Positions 48,976 through 58,630 of a stretch of 64,000 nucleotides of DNA are shown here, piece after piece. How positions within the stretch are numbered: the first letter of the stretch is position 1; each line of letters opens with the position of its first letter. A program made the position numbers and the translations under genes. The notes under the pieces were generated by a model. It worked only from the letters and a program-made list of their open reading frames with translations. It did no database searches and was not told the DNA's origin. Source of the DNA: Dehalococcoidia bacterium (GTDB lineage: Bacteria; Chloroflexota; Dehalococcoidia; Lucifugimonadales; UBA3495); the NCBI GenBank assembly GCA_965242615.1, contig CBDESR010000002.1:4035-68034 (forward strand). Direction: 5' to 3'.

Positions 48976-49755
48976 TTGACCTACACCGATCTTAAACTGG
49001 AAACCGCCGCCGCCGTTGCTACATTGACCCTGAACCGGCCTGATGCCCTGAACGCTTTAAGCCCGGCTCTGTTGGCGCAGTTTTCCGCCGCCGTGGCCGC
49101 CGCAGGCAAAGATGAATCGGTCAAGGCGTTGGTTATCCGGGGCGAAGGGCGGGCTTTCTGCGCCGGGGCCGATTTGCTGTTCTTTGACACCGTCTTTGCC
49201 GAGCTATCCCGCCTGCCGCCTTATGTCAAACTGCTGAACGACTGCCTCTTGCAGCTCGAGGAATTGCCCATCCCGACCATTGCGGTAGTGCATGGCTTTG
49301 CTCTGGCCGGCGGCTTGGAGCTGATGCTGGCTTGCGACCTGGCTTTGGCGGCAGCGGATGCCCGTATCGGCGACCAGCACGCCAACTTTGGCTTGATGCC
49401 CGGCGGCGGCGCCACGCAGCGACTGCCCCGCCGTATCGGGATGCAGCGGGCGATGGAATTGCTGACCACCGGCCGCCATCTTTCCGGGAGCGAAGCCGCC
49501 GAATGGGGATTAGTCTTGCGCGCCGTACCCCCGGAATCCCTGAACGCCGAACTGGAGTCCTTGCTGTCCCAACTGCGGAACAAAAGCCGTACCGGCCTCG
49601 GCTGGATAAAATCCATCACCCAACGCGGCAAAGACCTGCCCTTGCGGGAAGGCATCGCCCTGGAAAGCTTGGCCTTTACCCAATACTTCGCCACCTCGCC
49701 CCACCCACAGCAAGGCATCCAGGCATTCAAGGAAAAACGGCCGGCGGAGTTTTAG
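48976..49755 (+). CDS. enoyl-CoA hydratase/isomerase (crotonase) family protein
   Basis: TLNRPDALNAL ... FCAGADL ... GFALAGGLELMLACD. Confidence 0.9.
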   Translation: MTYTDLKLETAAAVATLTLNRPDALNALSPALLAQFSAAVAAAGKDESVKALVIRGEGRAFCAGADLLFFDTVFAELSRLPPYVKLLNDCLLQLEELPIPTIAVVHGFALAGGLELMLACDLALAAADARIGDQHANFGLMPGGGATQRLPRRIGMQRAMELLTTGRHLSGSEAAEWGLVLRAVPPESLNAELESLLSQLRNKSRTGLGWIKSITQRGKDLPLREGIALESLAFTQYFATSPHPQQGIQAFKEKRPAEF

Positions 49756-49781
49756 GGGGGATGTTATTCATACAAATCTAA

Positions 49782-49988
49782 TCACGCATGGTATCCTCGC
49801 GTCTTGCTCTGTCCCCGCTCAATCCGCAACGCACGGGACCGGGTTTTAGCCCGACCGTCCACTGTCAGATTGCCTCCGCCCCGCGCTCGCCGGTGTTCCG
49901 CCTGCCGCCGCGCCGGGTTGTTGGTAATCCCCCGGTGGGAAACCCGGCGGCCGACCCGGAAAGTATAGTTGTAGGTACTCCGCGCCAT
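49782..49988 (-). CDS. small GIY-YIG-like protein
   Basis: AAGGAGG lies 7 nt upstream of the ATG at 49988. YNYTFRVGRRVSHRGITNNPARRQAEH ... ALRIERG fits the GIY-(8-11)-YIG..R..H...E pattern of UPF0213-type proteins. Confidence 0.4.
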   Translation of the reverse strand: MARSTYNYTFRVGRRVSHRGITNNPARRQAEHRRARGGGNLTVDGRAKTRSRALRIERGQSKTRGYHA

Positions 49989-50004
49989 CGGTATCCCCTC
50001 CTTA

Positions 50005-50919
50005 CTAACCACATTCCTTAGAAACTTCGCTTGAAGTACTCTTTTTACTCCCCTGGGAATTCTGCTCCAGCCAATCCTTTAGCAGATTGCCAAGACCCGA
50101 AAGAGTCTTCTGAAAATCCTCCCTAAACTTCTTTTCTTCCGGTAGCTCGACCTGTCGAGTTTCATAAATAAACGCATCCACTACCTGATCCAGGAGAATG
50201 GCGGTCAACATCGTGATGTGTTGGACGCCCTTATCAGATGGTTCGACAGCAGGGATCTCGTCCTGTTTCAACTCGACACTAGGACGCTTTATCATGCTGA
50301 GAGCAGATGCGTGAACCGATTTACTAGCCAGTTGATAATCCCGGCAGTAGAGGTCAAGCATTCCGGCCAATTTAGCCCGGTTTTTCATACGTCGGGCAGG
50401 CTTCGCTTTTATCCACCCATCTGCCTGAGTAATCTCCTTGCCGTACGTGTTTTCCAAGAGGCTCAAGGCGGCATCGAGTTCGCCGAAACCAACCGAACTC
50501 GTTTCCAAATCCATAGCGATTTCCCGTTCGTGGTAGTGAAACTCAGCCAGCGAATAATCCAAGTACCGCTCCGCCGTTTTATCCGGGTCGTCGCTGTTAA
50601 GTATGTCTGACAAAACCACAGCTATGTTGAACAAAGTCCGCCAACTTTCATAGGCGGCGTCCGCATAGCCATGCCACAGGAGGCAAGAGATTGCCCCTGA
50701 GGTGTACCAAGCTCTTTGAGCCAAGAAGGAGCCAGCTATTAGGTACGATTCGGTCTTGGAATCCTTGCTCTCCTCTACTTCAGACAGAGCTTGCTCCCAA
50801 GCATACTTATCGTGTAGCTTGATCCTCACAAGGGCTATCTGGTTGAGAATGTCCAGTTCGCGTAGCATCTCGCCGTGTGCTTCCGATACTTTTACGAACA
50901 TTTCCAACCTTGCTTGCAT
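50005..50919 (-). CDS. hypothetical protein in a low-GC island
   Basis: A 304-aa clean ORF with GC visibly lower than its flanks. I cannot assign a domain with confidence; it vaguely recalls DUF5677-type helical proteins, from memory only. Confidence 0.5.
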   Translation of the reverse strand: MQARLEMFVKVSEAHGEMLRELDILNQIALVRIKLHDKYAWEQALSEVEESKDSKTESYLIAGSFLAQRAWYTSGAISCLLWHGYADAAYESWRTLFNIAVVLSDILNSDDPDKTAERYLDYSLAEFHYHEREIAMDLETSSVGFGELDAALSLLENTYGKEITQADGWIKAKPARRMKNRAKLAGMLDLYCRDYQLASKSVHASALSMIKRPSVELKQDEIPAVEPSDKGVQHITMLTAILLDQVVDAFIYETRQVELPEEKKFREDFQKTLSGLGNLLKDWLEQNSQGSKKSTSSEVSKECG

Positions 50920-51040
50920 AACTCGTCCTGCCAGCTACTTAAGTGAGTCATATCATACCGCAACCAACACTCCCTTTGTCAATCCCCGGGGTGTCACAGT
51001 TCCGTTCGATTGTGGGGTGCGGCGAATTCCTCCAGATCGC

Positions 51041-52473
51041 TTATGGCGGAAAACCCCGCCCCAAGTGCAGTTGCACCGGCACCGGGTAGTTGCCGGTAAA
51101 GCAGGCATCGCAGAAACCGCTTTCATCGCCGTTGACTACCGACAGCAAGCCCTTGACGCTCAAGTAGCCCAAGGAATCGGCGGCGGTCAAATCCCGGATT
51201 TCGGCTACCGACTTGCTGGCAGCAATCAGTTCCTCCCGAGTGGGCATATCCACGCCCATATAGCAGGGGTGTTTGATGGGCGGCGCGCAGACCCGGACAT
51301 GGATTTCTTTAGCCCCGGCTTTCCGCAGTACCCGAATGACATGGGGCATCGTGGTGCCGCGGACGATGCTGTCATCCACTACCACCAGCCGCTGCCCCTG
51401 AATTACGGCGGTCAGCGGGTTCAGTTTCTGGCGGACGCCCAAATCCCGCAGCCGCTGCTCCGGTTCAATAAAAGTCCGCCCCACATAGCGGTTTTTAATC
51501 AGCCCGTCGCTGTAGGGGATTCCCGATTCCCGGGCGTAGCCCACGGCCGCCGCCGTCGAGGAGTCGGGAATTCCCACTACCAAATCGGCGTCAACCGGGT
51601 GTTCCCGGGCCAACTGCGCCCCCATTTCCCTACGGGCGGCATAGACCAGGATGCCGTCGAGGACGCTGTCCGGGCGGGAAAAGTAGATATGCTCGAAAAC
51701 GCACATTGCCCGCCGTTGGGGGGTGCGTTCATAGACGGCGGAACGGAGGCCGTTGCGGTCAATAATCACCGCTTCGCCGGGTTGAATGTCCCGGGCGTAC
51801 TCGGCGCCCAAGTGGTCTAGGGCGCAGCTTTCCGAAGCGACAACCCAGCCTTCCTCAAGTTTGCCCAGGCACAGGGGACGGATGCCTAATGGGTCCCGAG
51901 CCGCCATTAGCGTATCCTCGGTCAAGGCCACCAGGGAAAAGGCCCCGACAAGGTACGCATACAATGGAAAATCCGCTCCTCCCAAGACACTCCGGGGGCG
52001 TTGACCAACTGGTAGGCAATGACTTCGGAGTCAGTGGTAGCAGTAAAGCGGCAGTCCCACTGTTCAATAAGCTGCTGCCGCAAGTGAGGAGCGTTGATGA
52101 TGTTGCCGTTGTGGGCCAGGGCCAGCCGCCCGGCCCGGCCGCGGACCAGCAAGGGCTGGGCGTTGCAGAGTTGGCTGGCGCCGGTGGTGGAGTAGCGGGT
52201 ATGACCGATGGCAAGTTCGCCGGTCAGCGGCCGAAAGTCCGGCTCCCGGAAAATCTGCGTGACCAGGCCCATATCGACCCGGAGGTTGATGTCCTGGCCA
52301 TTGGCGGCGGCGATGCCGGCGCTTTCCTGCCCCCGGTGCTGCAAGGCGAATAAGCCAAAACAAGCCACCCGGCTGGCCGCTGCGCCGGGCAGATAAACGC
52401 CGACGACACCGCACTCCTCCCGTGGGTGGTCAAAGGGTACCTGGAGCTTGGTGCCGGTCAGTTCATTACCCAC
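51041..52473 (-). CDS. purF: amidophosphoribosyltransferase with an apparent -1 indel at the G4 run near 51948-51951
   Basis: GTG start, then the CGVVGV Ntn nucleophile. The N-terminal and C-terminal ORFs join as ...ERIFHCMRTLSGAFSLVALTEDTLMAARDPLGIRPL if one G is added. The PRT motif is VVVDDSIVRGTT. Confidence 0.9.
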
Positions 52474-52563
52474 GCGGCTATTTTAATTTCCCTTAACCTT
52501 TGCGGTCAACCGAAATTAACCCGTTTCCCAAGGCAAATCGCAGATACCTGACAACTTACCTAT

Positions 52564-52645
52564 CGTCCTTCCCGTGAAAGCGGGAATCCAGAGTTCCGGC
52601 CTTTCCGGCTTCCCCCTTTCGTGGGAATGACGCTTACTATAGGTG
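52564..52645. repeat. REP family 2, two inverted copies
   Basis: cgtccttcccgtgaaagcgggaatccag ... cccctttcgtgggaatgacgcttacta. Confidence 0.75.
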
Positions 52646-52695
52646 ACAGCCCTAACCGGTTTCCCGCCGGATTTAACCCGGTAGCCGGTTGACGG

Positions 52696-53448
52696 CTACC
52701 GCTTGGGGATGATACTGACCTTGCGGTCGTCGCCGTAGCCCACGCTTTCGGTATCGACATTGGGGTTGTTGGACAGGGCGAGGTGAATGATGCGGCGGTC
52801 GGCGGGCGACATCGGCTCCAGGGTAATGACGCGGCCGGTCTGGACAACCCGCTCCGCTACCTTGCGGGCCATATCGCGCAGGGAGTTTTCCCGGCGGCGG
52901 CGGTACTGCTCCACATCGAGGGATACCCGAATGCCCTCGCCGAACTCCCGGCGCACAATCATACTGACGATGAACTGCAAGGAGTGGAGGGTCTGCCCGC
53001 GCCGGCCGATCAGCAAGCCGGAGTCGGGGCCGGTGATGTCAATGACGGGGCCGCCGGCCTCCGGGTCGTGGGCGGCTCGGATGACACAGGAGACATCGAC
53101 GCCGGCGGTGGTCATTATGTTGTTGACGGCAATGAGGGCCAAGTCGGCGGCGCTGCCGGCGTCAGCGGCGGAAACGGCTTCCGGGGCGGCCGCTACGGCG
53201 GCCGGGATGATGTCCTCGGCGTCGGTGTCGGCATCGGCATCCGGGACGGCGGCCGCTTGGCGGCCGGCGGGGCTGCGGAGCGTTACCCGGACCCGGGCGG
53301 CCTCGCCGCCGATGCCCAGGAAACCGGTTTTGCCCCTATTTAGTATTTCGACCTCGACCGCGTTGCGGTCGACGCCGAGCTCTTTCAGCGCCAGCTCTTC
53401 GGCTTCTTCGACGGTTCGGGCGGTTCGCACGACTGCTTCCATCGTCAT
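52696..53448 (-). CDS. jag: Jag/KhpB RNA-binding protein (Jag_N, KH, R3H)
   Basis: MTMEAVVRTARTVEEAEELALKELGV..., a KH-like middle and an R3H-type C-terminus (LEPMSPADRRIIHLAL). Confidence 0.85.
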   Translation of the reverse strand: MTMEAVVRTARTVEEAEELALKELGVDRNAVEVEILNRGKTGFLGIGGEAARVRVTLRSPAGRQAAAVPDADADTDAEDIIPAAVAAAPEAVSAADAGSAADLALIAVNNIMTTAGVDVSCVIRAAHDPEAGGPVIDITGPDSGLLIGRRGQTLHSLQFIVSMIVRREFGEGIRVSLDVEQYRRRRENSLRDMARKVAERVVQTGRVITLEPMSPADRRIIHLALSNNPNVDTESVGYGDDRKVSIIPKR

Positions 53449-54259
53449 CTATCTCCTTGGCCGCGGTATTCGCTGCGGCGGATTGGGGGGCCGGGGTCGG
53501 CGCGGATGCAGCCCGGGGGAACAGGGGGAACAATGGACCCCAACCGGTGATGAAGTACTGTATGCCAACGCCGATTACATTGGAAACTATCCAGTAGAGC
53601 GGCAGTCCGCTGGGCCATTGCAGGGAAAAGAAACCCAGGAAAATGGGAATCATCCACAGCATCATATTTTGGCTGGACTGCTGCCGGGGGTCGGGGGACG
53701 GCATCATGGTCATCTTTTGCTGAACCCAAGTGGTTGCCGCCACCAGAATAGGGAAAATTATCGGCGACGGGTCCGGTTCGCCCAAGCTGAGCCAGAGGAA
53801 CCGGTCGCTGAGGGGCGCCGCCGAATGGATGGGGACAAAGGTTATCCAGGAGTAGAGTTTTTGGGACAAGCCGACCAAATCCTCGGGCTTGGTGAACAGG
53901 GTTTGCACGAGGACGCGGAACAAGCCGATCAGGATGGGCATTTGGATAATGAGCGGGCCGAGGCAGCCGACGGGACTGACGCCGGACTCCCGGTAGAGGC
54001 GCATCGTTTCTTGAGAGATGCGGGCCCGGTCGCCGCTGTAGCGTTCCTGAATTTCCCGCATCCGGGGTTGCAGTTCGCTCATCCGCCGCATCTGGCGAAT
54101 CTGCTTCAGGGTCAGGGGCAAAGTTACCAGCCGCACCAGGATGGTAAAGGCGATAATCGCCAAGCCCATATTGTTGAATAGCAGCACATACAACACCATC
54201 AAGGTGTTGAGCATGGGCCGGATGATTACCTCGGTCCAGAGGAGAAAGAGAAACTCCAA
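53336..54259 (-). CDS. yidC: membrane protein insertase YidC (raw ORF; the likely true stop is at 53449-53451)
   Basis: Short YidC type with PLTLKQIRQMRRMSELQPRMREIQERY. The raw ORF overlaps jag by 113 nt. Removing one base of the C6 run (53487-53492) gives a basic tail ...APNPPQRIPRPRR* that ends right at the jag ATG. Confidence 0.85.
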   Translation of the reverse strand: MEFLFLLWTEVIIRPMLNTLMVLYVLLFNNMGLAIIAFTILVRLVTLPLTLKQIRQMRRMSELQPRMREIQERYSGDRARISQETMRLYRESGVSPVGCLGPLIIQMPILIGLFRVLVQTLFTKPEDLVGLSQKLYSWITFVPIHSAAPLSDRFLWLSLGEPDPSPIIFPILVAATTWVQQKMTMMPSPDPRQQSSQNMMLWMIPIFLGFFSLQWPSGLPLYWIVSNVIGVGIQYFITGWGPLFPLFPRAASAPTPAPQSAAANTAAKEIDDDGSSRANRPNRRRSRRAGAERARRRPQRGRGRNTK

Positions 54260-54302
54260 GGGGACTCCTACCCGGCCGGTTGGGGCCGCTGTGCCGCGCC
54301 GT

Positions 54303-55787
54303 CTAGCTGCACGGCTGATGTTTGCTGATGTCGAAGCACCAGATAGCTTCCTTGTCTTGCCCTTCGGTTACGGCAATGCGGCGGACGCTGCCGTTGTCGC
54401 CGCTGACGAATACCGAATGGCGTTCAATTATGGACAGACTGCCCACATCGCCAGCCAACCCGGGACTGCCCGGCGCGCCGGCGGCCAAGGGGGATTTGAT
54501 TTCCGACTGCTCGAGGCTGGGCAAGTTGCTGACTACTTCTCCGGCTTCCAGGTTGGTGGGCTGGACGCTGAGCAGACGCATCCGCCCGTCCACGGCAGCG
54601 ACCGCCAAGCCCAGCGGCACCAGGGCCGGGCGGGAAACGATGGGGCTTTCCATATTGTGCCGCCAACGGGCTTCCTTAACTTCCCCCGGGGCCGGCGCAT
54701 CAAAGTCCAGGGCGTACAGACTCCCGTCCATCGACGGGGCAAAGATGGTTTCGCCGTCAGTGATGGGGCCGGCCCAGAACCAGTTGCCGCCCTCAAAAGT
54801 CCACTCCAGTTCGCCATCATCGGCGTCGAGAGCGTAGAGTTTTTTGTCGAAGGAACCGATAAGGACCAAGCCATTGGCGACTAAAGGCCGCCCCATAACG
54901 GCGCCGCCGGTTTGATACTGCCATAATTCGCTGCCGTCGCGCAAATCGACGGCGTACACGCTCCCATCCTGGGCGCCGAAGTAAGCGATGTTGTTGTGGA
55001 CGGCGGGGGTGGACCAGATTTTGCCGCCGGCGGTAAAGGGCGACCAGTCGAGTTCGGCGCCATCGGCGGCCTGATAGCCGTAAAGATTGCCATCCTCGGA
55101 GCCGATTATCACGATGGGAGTGGCTGCGCCGACATTAGCCGGGTCCGCCAGGGCAACCTCAGCCAGCACCGGGCCGCCAATCAGGGACAGCGGATCCCGG
55201 CTGGGGTCAGAGCGGAGGTTGCGTTCCCAAGCGGCAGCGCCGGCGGTTCCGGCCGCGTTGGTAGTGTGGATGGCGTAAAGTTTGCCGTTGACGCCGCCGA
55301 CAAAGACCAATCCCAAATCCGGGCTGACCGCCGGGGGGCCAAAGACGCCGCCCAAGCCTTGGCCGCTGCCCAAGGGCGGGAAAGTCCAAGCCACCCGGGG
55401 CGTCCCGGAGCCGAAGTCATCCAAAGCCCTGAGTTTAACCTGATTTTCGTCGCCGCTGAGGTTCATACCGCCCAAACTTTGCCCCAAGTCGTCGAGGTTG
55501 CGGTCGAGCGGCCCGGCGGCGTAGATGCGGGCCGGTTCGCCGGGAGTAGCGGAGAAATGGACGGATAGCGGCGACCAGCCGAGGTTGTCGCCGCCGAGGT
55601 TGGGGGTGCAAGCCAACAGCAACAGCAAGGAAAGGGCGGCCAAGGGGAATAGCCCCCGGCGCCAGGTTAGCCGGAATTGGCCGGCGGGAGCCGCTGCCGG
55701 GGTCGATTGTTGAGCCCGGGACCGCCGAGTCAGGAATAGGGCCATTGCGGCCGTTGCCCGGAGGAACCGAGGTAAAAGAGAAGTCAT
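54303..55787 (-). CDS. PQQ-like / BamB-like beta-propeller repeat lipoprotein
   Basis: Repeated G.(L/V)YA.D..DG.E.W blades (GKLYAIH, GNLYGYQAADGAELDW, GSVYAVDLRDGSELWQY, KKLYALDADDGELEWTF, GSLYALD). An N-terminal signal with LLLLAC is present. Confidence 0.7.
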   Translation of the reverse strand: MTSLLPRFLRATAAMALFLTRRSRAQQSTPAAAPAGQFRLTWRRGLFPLAALSLLLLLACTPNLGGDNLGWSPLSVHFSATPGEPARIYAAGPLDRNLDDLGQSLGGMNLSGDENQVKLRALDDFGSGTPRVAWTFPPLGSGQGLGGVFGPPAVSPDLGLVFVGGVNGKLYAIHTTNAAGTAGAAAWERNLRSDPSRDPLSLIGGPVLAEVALADPANVGAATPIVIIGSEDGNLYGYQAADGAELDWSPFTAGGKIWSTPAVHNNIAYFGAQDGSVYAVDLRDGSELWQYQTGGAVMGRPLVANGLVLIGSFDKKLYALDADDGELEWTFEGGNWFWAGPITDGETIFAPSMDGSLYALDFDAPAPGEVKEARWRHNMESPIVSRPALVPLGLAVAAVDGRMRLLSVQPTNLEAGEVVSNLPSLEQSEIKSPLAAGAPGSPGLAGDVGSLSIIERHSVFVSGDNGSVRRIAVTEGQDKEAIWCFDISKHQPCS

Positions 55788-55811
55788 AAACCTACGCTGA
55801 CCGGCAGCCGG

Positions 55812-56021
55812 TTACGGCACCGGGTCATAGCCTTTGCCGCCGCCGGGGCGGCAGTTCAGGAGTCGTTTCAAGGTCAAGCCGCTGCCTTTCCGGATGCCGT
55901 GCTGCCGGATGGCGGCGGCGGCATAGGCGGAACAGGTCGGCGTGTAGCGGCAGGTGGCCGGCAGGTAGGGGGAGATACCCCCTTGATAAATCCGTATGGC
56001 CAGCAGGGCGGCCGCTTTCAT
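55812..56021 (-). CDS. yidD: membrane protein insertion efficiency factor YidD
   Basis: IRIYQGGISPYLPATCRYTPTCSAYAAAAIRQHG is the family hallmark. Confidence 0.9.
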   Translation of the reverse strand: MKAAALLAIRIYQGGISPYLPATCRYTPTCSAYAAAAIRQHGIRKGSGLTLKRLLNCRPGGGKGYDPVP

Positions 56022-56027
56022 TATGGA

Positions 56028-56393
56028 TTATTCCTCGGCGGCCGCGGGGCCGCCGCCTTTCCTGGTAATGGACAACCGGGTGCGGCGCAGCAGGTTGTCG
56101 GTAGCCCGTTTCAACTGATGGTAGTCGGCATTTTCCGCGCCGCGGCGGGCGATAAACACGGCATCCCAACCGCCGTGGACCGGGGTCTGGCGGACGGCGG
56201 CGCGCAGGCGGCGTTTCACATAGTTGCGGGTAACGGCGTTGCCGATCCGCTTGCTGACCACGAAGCCGAAGCGGCTGTAGTCCCGCCCGTTAGCCAGCAC
56301 ACGGAGGACCAGCAGATTGTGAACTACGGTGCGGCCCTCCTCGTGAACCCGGGAAAAGTCGCGGTTTCGGGTCAGCCGGAACTGACGCTGCAT
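56028..56393 (-). CDS. rnpA: ribonuclease P protein component
   Basis: FRLTRNRDFSRV ... RFGFVVSKRIGNAVTRNYVKRRLR (RNR motif). Confidence 0.9.
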   Translation of the reverse strand: MQRQFRLTRNRDFSRVHEEGRTVVHNLLVLRVLANGRDYSRFGFVVSKRIGNAVTRNYVKRRLRAAVRQTPVHGGWDAVFIARRGAENADYHQLKRATDNLLRRTRLSITRKGGGPAAAEE

Positions 56394-56412
56394 TGCGTTG
56401 GGCCCGCCGGGC

Positions 56413-56550
56413 TTAAACGGTCAACTGATACCGCCCCTTGAAGCGGCGGCGGCGCAATACAGCACGGCCGTCGGAGGTGCGGGAACGGGCGCGAAAGCCG
56501 TGCACCCGGGCCCGACGGCGTTTTTTCGGTTGATAAGTGCGTTTAGGCAT
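56413..56550 (-). CDS. rpmH: 50S ribosomal protein L34
   Basis: [45 protein letters not shown]. Confidence 0.95.
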   Translation of the reverse strand: MPKRTYQPKKRRRARVHGFRARSRTSDGRAVLRRRRFKGRYQLTV

Positions 56551-56620
56551 TGTGTTTATCCACCCCCCTCCAGTGCAAGGGATTATAGGGCGGGAAAGCG
56601 GGTTAGTCAAGGGTATGATG

Positions 56621-56690
56621 GCGGGCATTTTAGATTCCTCGGCTGTGCCGCGGAATGATATGGGCAACAGTACGGGGAATGGCATAGGTA
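56621..56690. repeat. REP family 1 copy (inverted orientation)
   Basis: ggcgggcattttagattcctcggctgtgccgcggaatgatatgggcaacagtacggggaatggcatagg. Confidence 0.8.
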
Positions 56691-56736
56691 GAAAGGATGT
56701 GGATGCCAGAGTTTCAGCCGGCCGTTGGCCGATGGG

Positions 56737-58542
56737 CTAGTCCGCGAACATACGGTTGGGCTTGATTTCCTTTTCCCACCGTTCCTTGGCCCAAGCCATT
56801 CGGCGGCGGAAAGTTGCTTTTTGCTCCTCGAGTCGCGCTTGGGTAGGTATCCGGCCCCTTTCATAAGCCAGGTCAATGGCCTGCTCCGGGGTCAGGCGAT
56901 TGCTTTTGTCCCCGTTGCAGTCAATACAAGCCAATGCCCGGTTCCAGCAGTCATCGTTGGAGCCGTCCCGCTGGTTGGGTTCCACATGGTCGAGCTGCAA
57001 AACGCGGCGGGAGTTATCCTGCGTCCGCCCGCAATACCAGCAGTCCGTCCCCCATTCCGCAACGAAAGCGTCCCAAATCTGGTCTTTGGTTTCCTCCGGT
57101 TGGGTGCGATACTTGGGGTCAGCCCGATGAATAACCCCTTTCATCACGGCTTGGGCTTCGGATTCCACCGGCTCCGGCAAATCCAGAGGGCCGCGCACTT
57201 TGATCAGTTTGCCGAGTAGCTGGAGTTCGGCAAACAAATCCGGGTTGTCGGCGTCGGGCGGCAGCTCGCCTTCGGTCTGGACGCCCAAATCCGGGTGTTT
57301 GTGAAACTGGCGGCGGATAACGGTCCAAGCCCGCGGCGACATATCGCAGGCAATCCACCGACGGCCGGTCAGTTGGGCGGCCACCGGGACATAGGCGCAG
57401 CCGGCAAAGCAGTCCAGAACAATGCCATCGGGCGGGCAGCTGGCCTCAATGATGCGCTGGGCCAAAGTTTGCGGCTTCTGGGTAGGGTAGCCGACGTACT
57501 CCCGGCCGCTTACCGGGTCAATATCATCCCACAGGCTGCCGGCGGTAGTCCCCCGCCAATCATCCTCGTACTTGCGGCGTTGGAGTCGCCCGCCGGGCAG
57601 GATGACAATGTTGCCTTTGCGGTATTCCTCCTCGAGACGCTCCCTTTCCAGACGCCAGCCGCTGGGATGGGGATTGGTAAAGGTATAACCTTCCTTTTCC
57701 CAAGAATAGCAAAGGTTGGGCCTAGCTCCCATATTTGGAGAACTCCAAATATGGGAGCTATCGTTGTAGTACCGGCGTCCATTTTCGTCGACGCGATTAA
57801 ATTTTTTTTCGCGTTCCTGCGGAGTCAGCGGCCGCCAAGGCTCTACGGTGGCTTGCCGGGACTTGGCATAGAAAAGAATGGTATCCAAGGTATTGCCCCA
57901 AGACTTGGGGGTGTGCTGGGAACCGCGTTGGGTAGAGGTATGGCGTTCCCAAATGATTTCATTACGGAAGTTGGCTTTGCCAAAGACCGCGTCCATCATT
58001 TGACGCAGATAGCCGTTGGCTTCGTTATCGCAGTGCAGGTACACGCTGCCGGTGGGTTTCAGTATCCGCTTGATTTGGAACATCCGCTCGGCCATAAAGG
58101 CGATGTAGGCGGCGATGCCGTCGTTCTGGGTATAACGAATGGATTTAATCAGGAAATCCAAGCCGGGGTTGACCAGTTCCAGCTGCTCAATCCAACCGGC
58201 ATAGACATGGCGGCTGAAGTTCCAGATTTCCTCGAATTTAGCGGTGGTACCCTCTTGGTCGGGCCATTCCAAGCCGGCCTCGTAGGCGCTGTCCGGGTCA
58301 GTAACCCCCCAGCTTTGCAGCAGTTCTTTCTCGATGCGGAGTTCGTCTTTGGACAGGGGCTTGACCAGGGTGCCGACAAAGGTTTGCTTTTTGCCAAAGG
58401 GCGGGTCAATGCAAACCAAGTCGATGCTTTCCGACGGGATAGCCTTGAGAAAGGGCAGGTTGTCGCAGATGAAAACCGTACTGGTCAAGTCGTCGATGTT
58501 GACTGCGTTGACGGCCACCGGTTCCTCCTTGCTGCGGGCCAA
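56737..58542 (-). CDS. DNA methyltransferase (N6_N4 family, DPPF) fused to a C-terminal HNH nuclease domain
   Basis: Motif IV DLVCIDPPFGK. GSVYLHCD. Motif I VLDCFAGCAYVPVAA. The C-terminal CWYCG...LQLDHVEPNQRDGSNDDCWNRALACIDCNGDKSN has the CxxC...H...N...CxxC HNH pattern. Confidence 0.8.
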   Translation of the reverse strand: MARSKEEPVAVNAVNIDDLTSTVFICDNLPFLKAIPSESIDLVCIDPPFGKKQTFVGTLVKPLSKDELRIEKELLQSWGVTDPDSAYEAGLEWPDQEGTTAKFEEIWNFSRHVYAGWIEQLELVNPGLDFLIKSIRYTQNDGIAAYIAFMAERMFQIKRILKPTGSVYLHCDNEANGYLRQMMDAVFGKANFRNEIIWERHTSTQRGSQHTPKSWGNTLDTILFYAKSRQATVEPWRPLTPQEREKKFNRVDENGRRYYNDSSHIWSSPNMGARPNLCYSWEKEGYTFTNPHPSGWRLERERLEEEYRKGNIVILPGGRLQRRKYEDDWRGTTAGSLWDDIDPVSGREYVGYPTQKPQTLAQRIIEASCPPDGIVLDCFAGCAYVPVAAQLTGRRWIACDMSPRAWTVIRRQFHKHPDLGVQTEGELPPDADNPDLFAELQLLGKLIKVRGPLDLPEPVESEAQAVMKGVIHRADPKYRTQPEETKDQIWDAFVAEWGTDCWYCGRTQDNSRRVLQLDHVEPNQRDGSNDDCWNRALACIDCNGDKSNRLTPEQAIDLAYERGRIPTQARLEEQKATFRRRMAWAKERWEKEIKPNRMFAD

Positions 58543-58630
58543 GGGTTGGGGGTTATGGGCAGGATGATAGGGTATCCAAGCCGGGGCGTCAACAGGGCGG
58601 GCGTCAGGGGATGGAGGAATTTAGGGCGTG

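Noticed and set aside
53336-53448. A genuine 113-nt overlap between yidC and jag.
   Set aside because: Correcting one C6 run places the yidC stop directly before the jag ATG and gives the basic tail that many YidC proteins carry.
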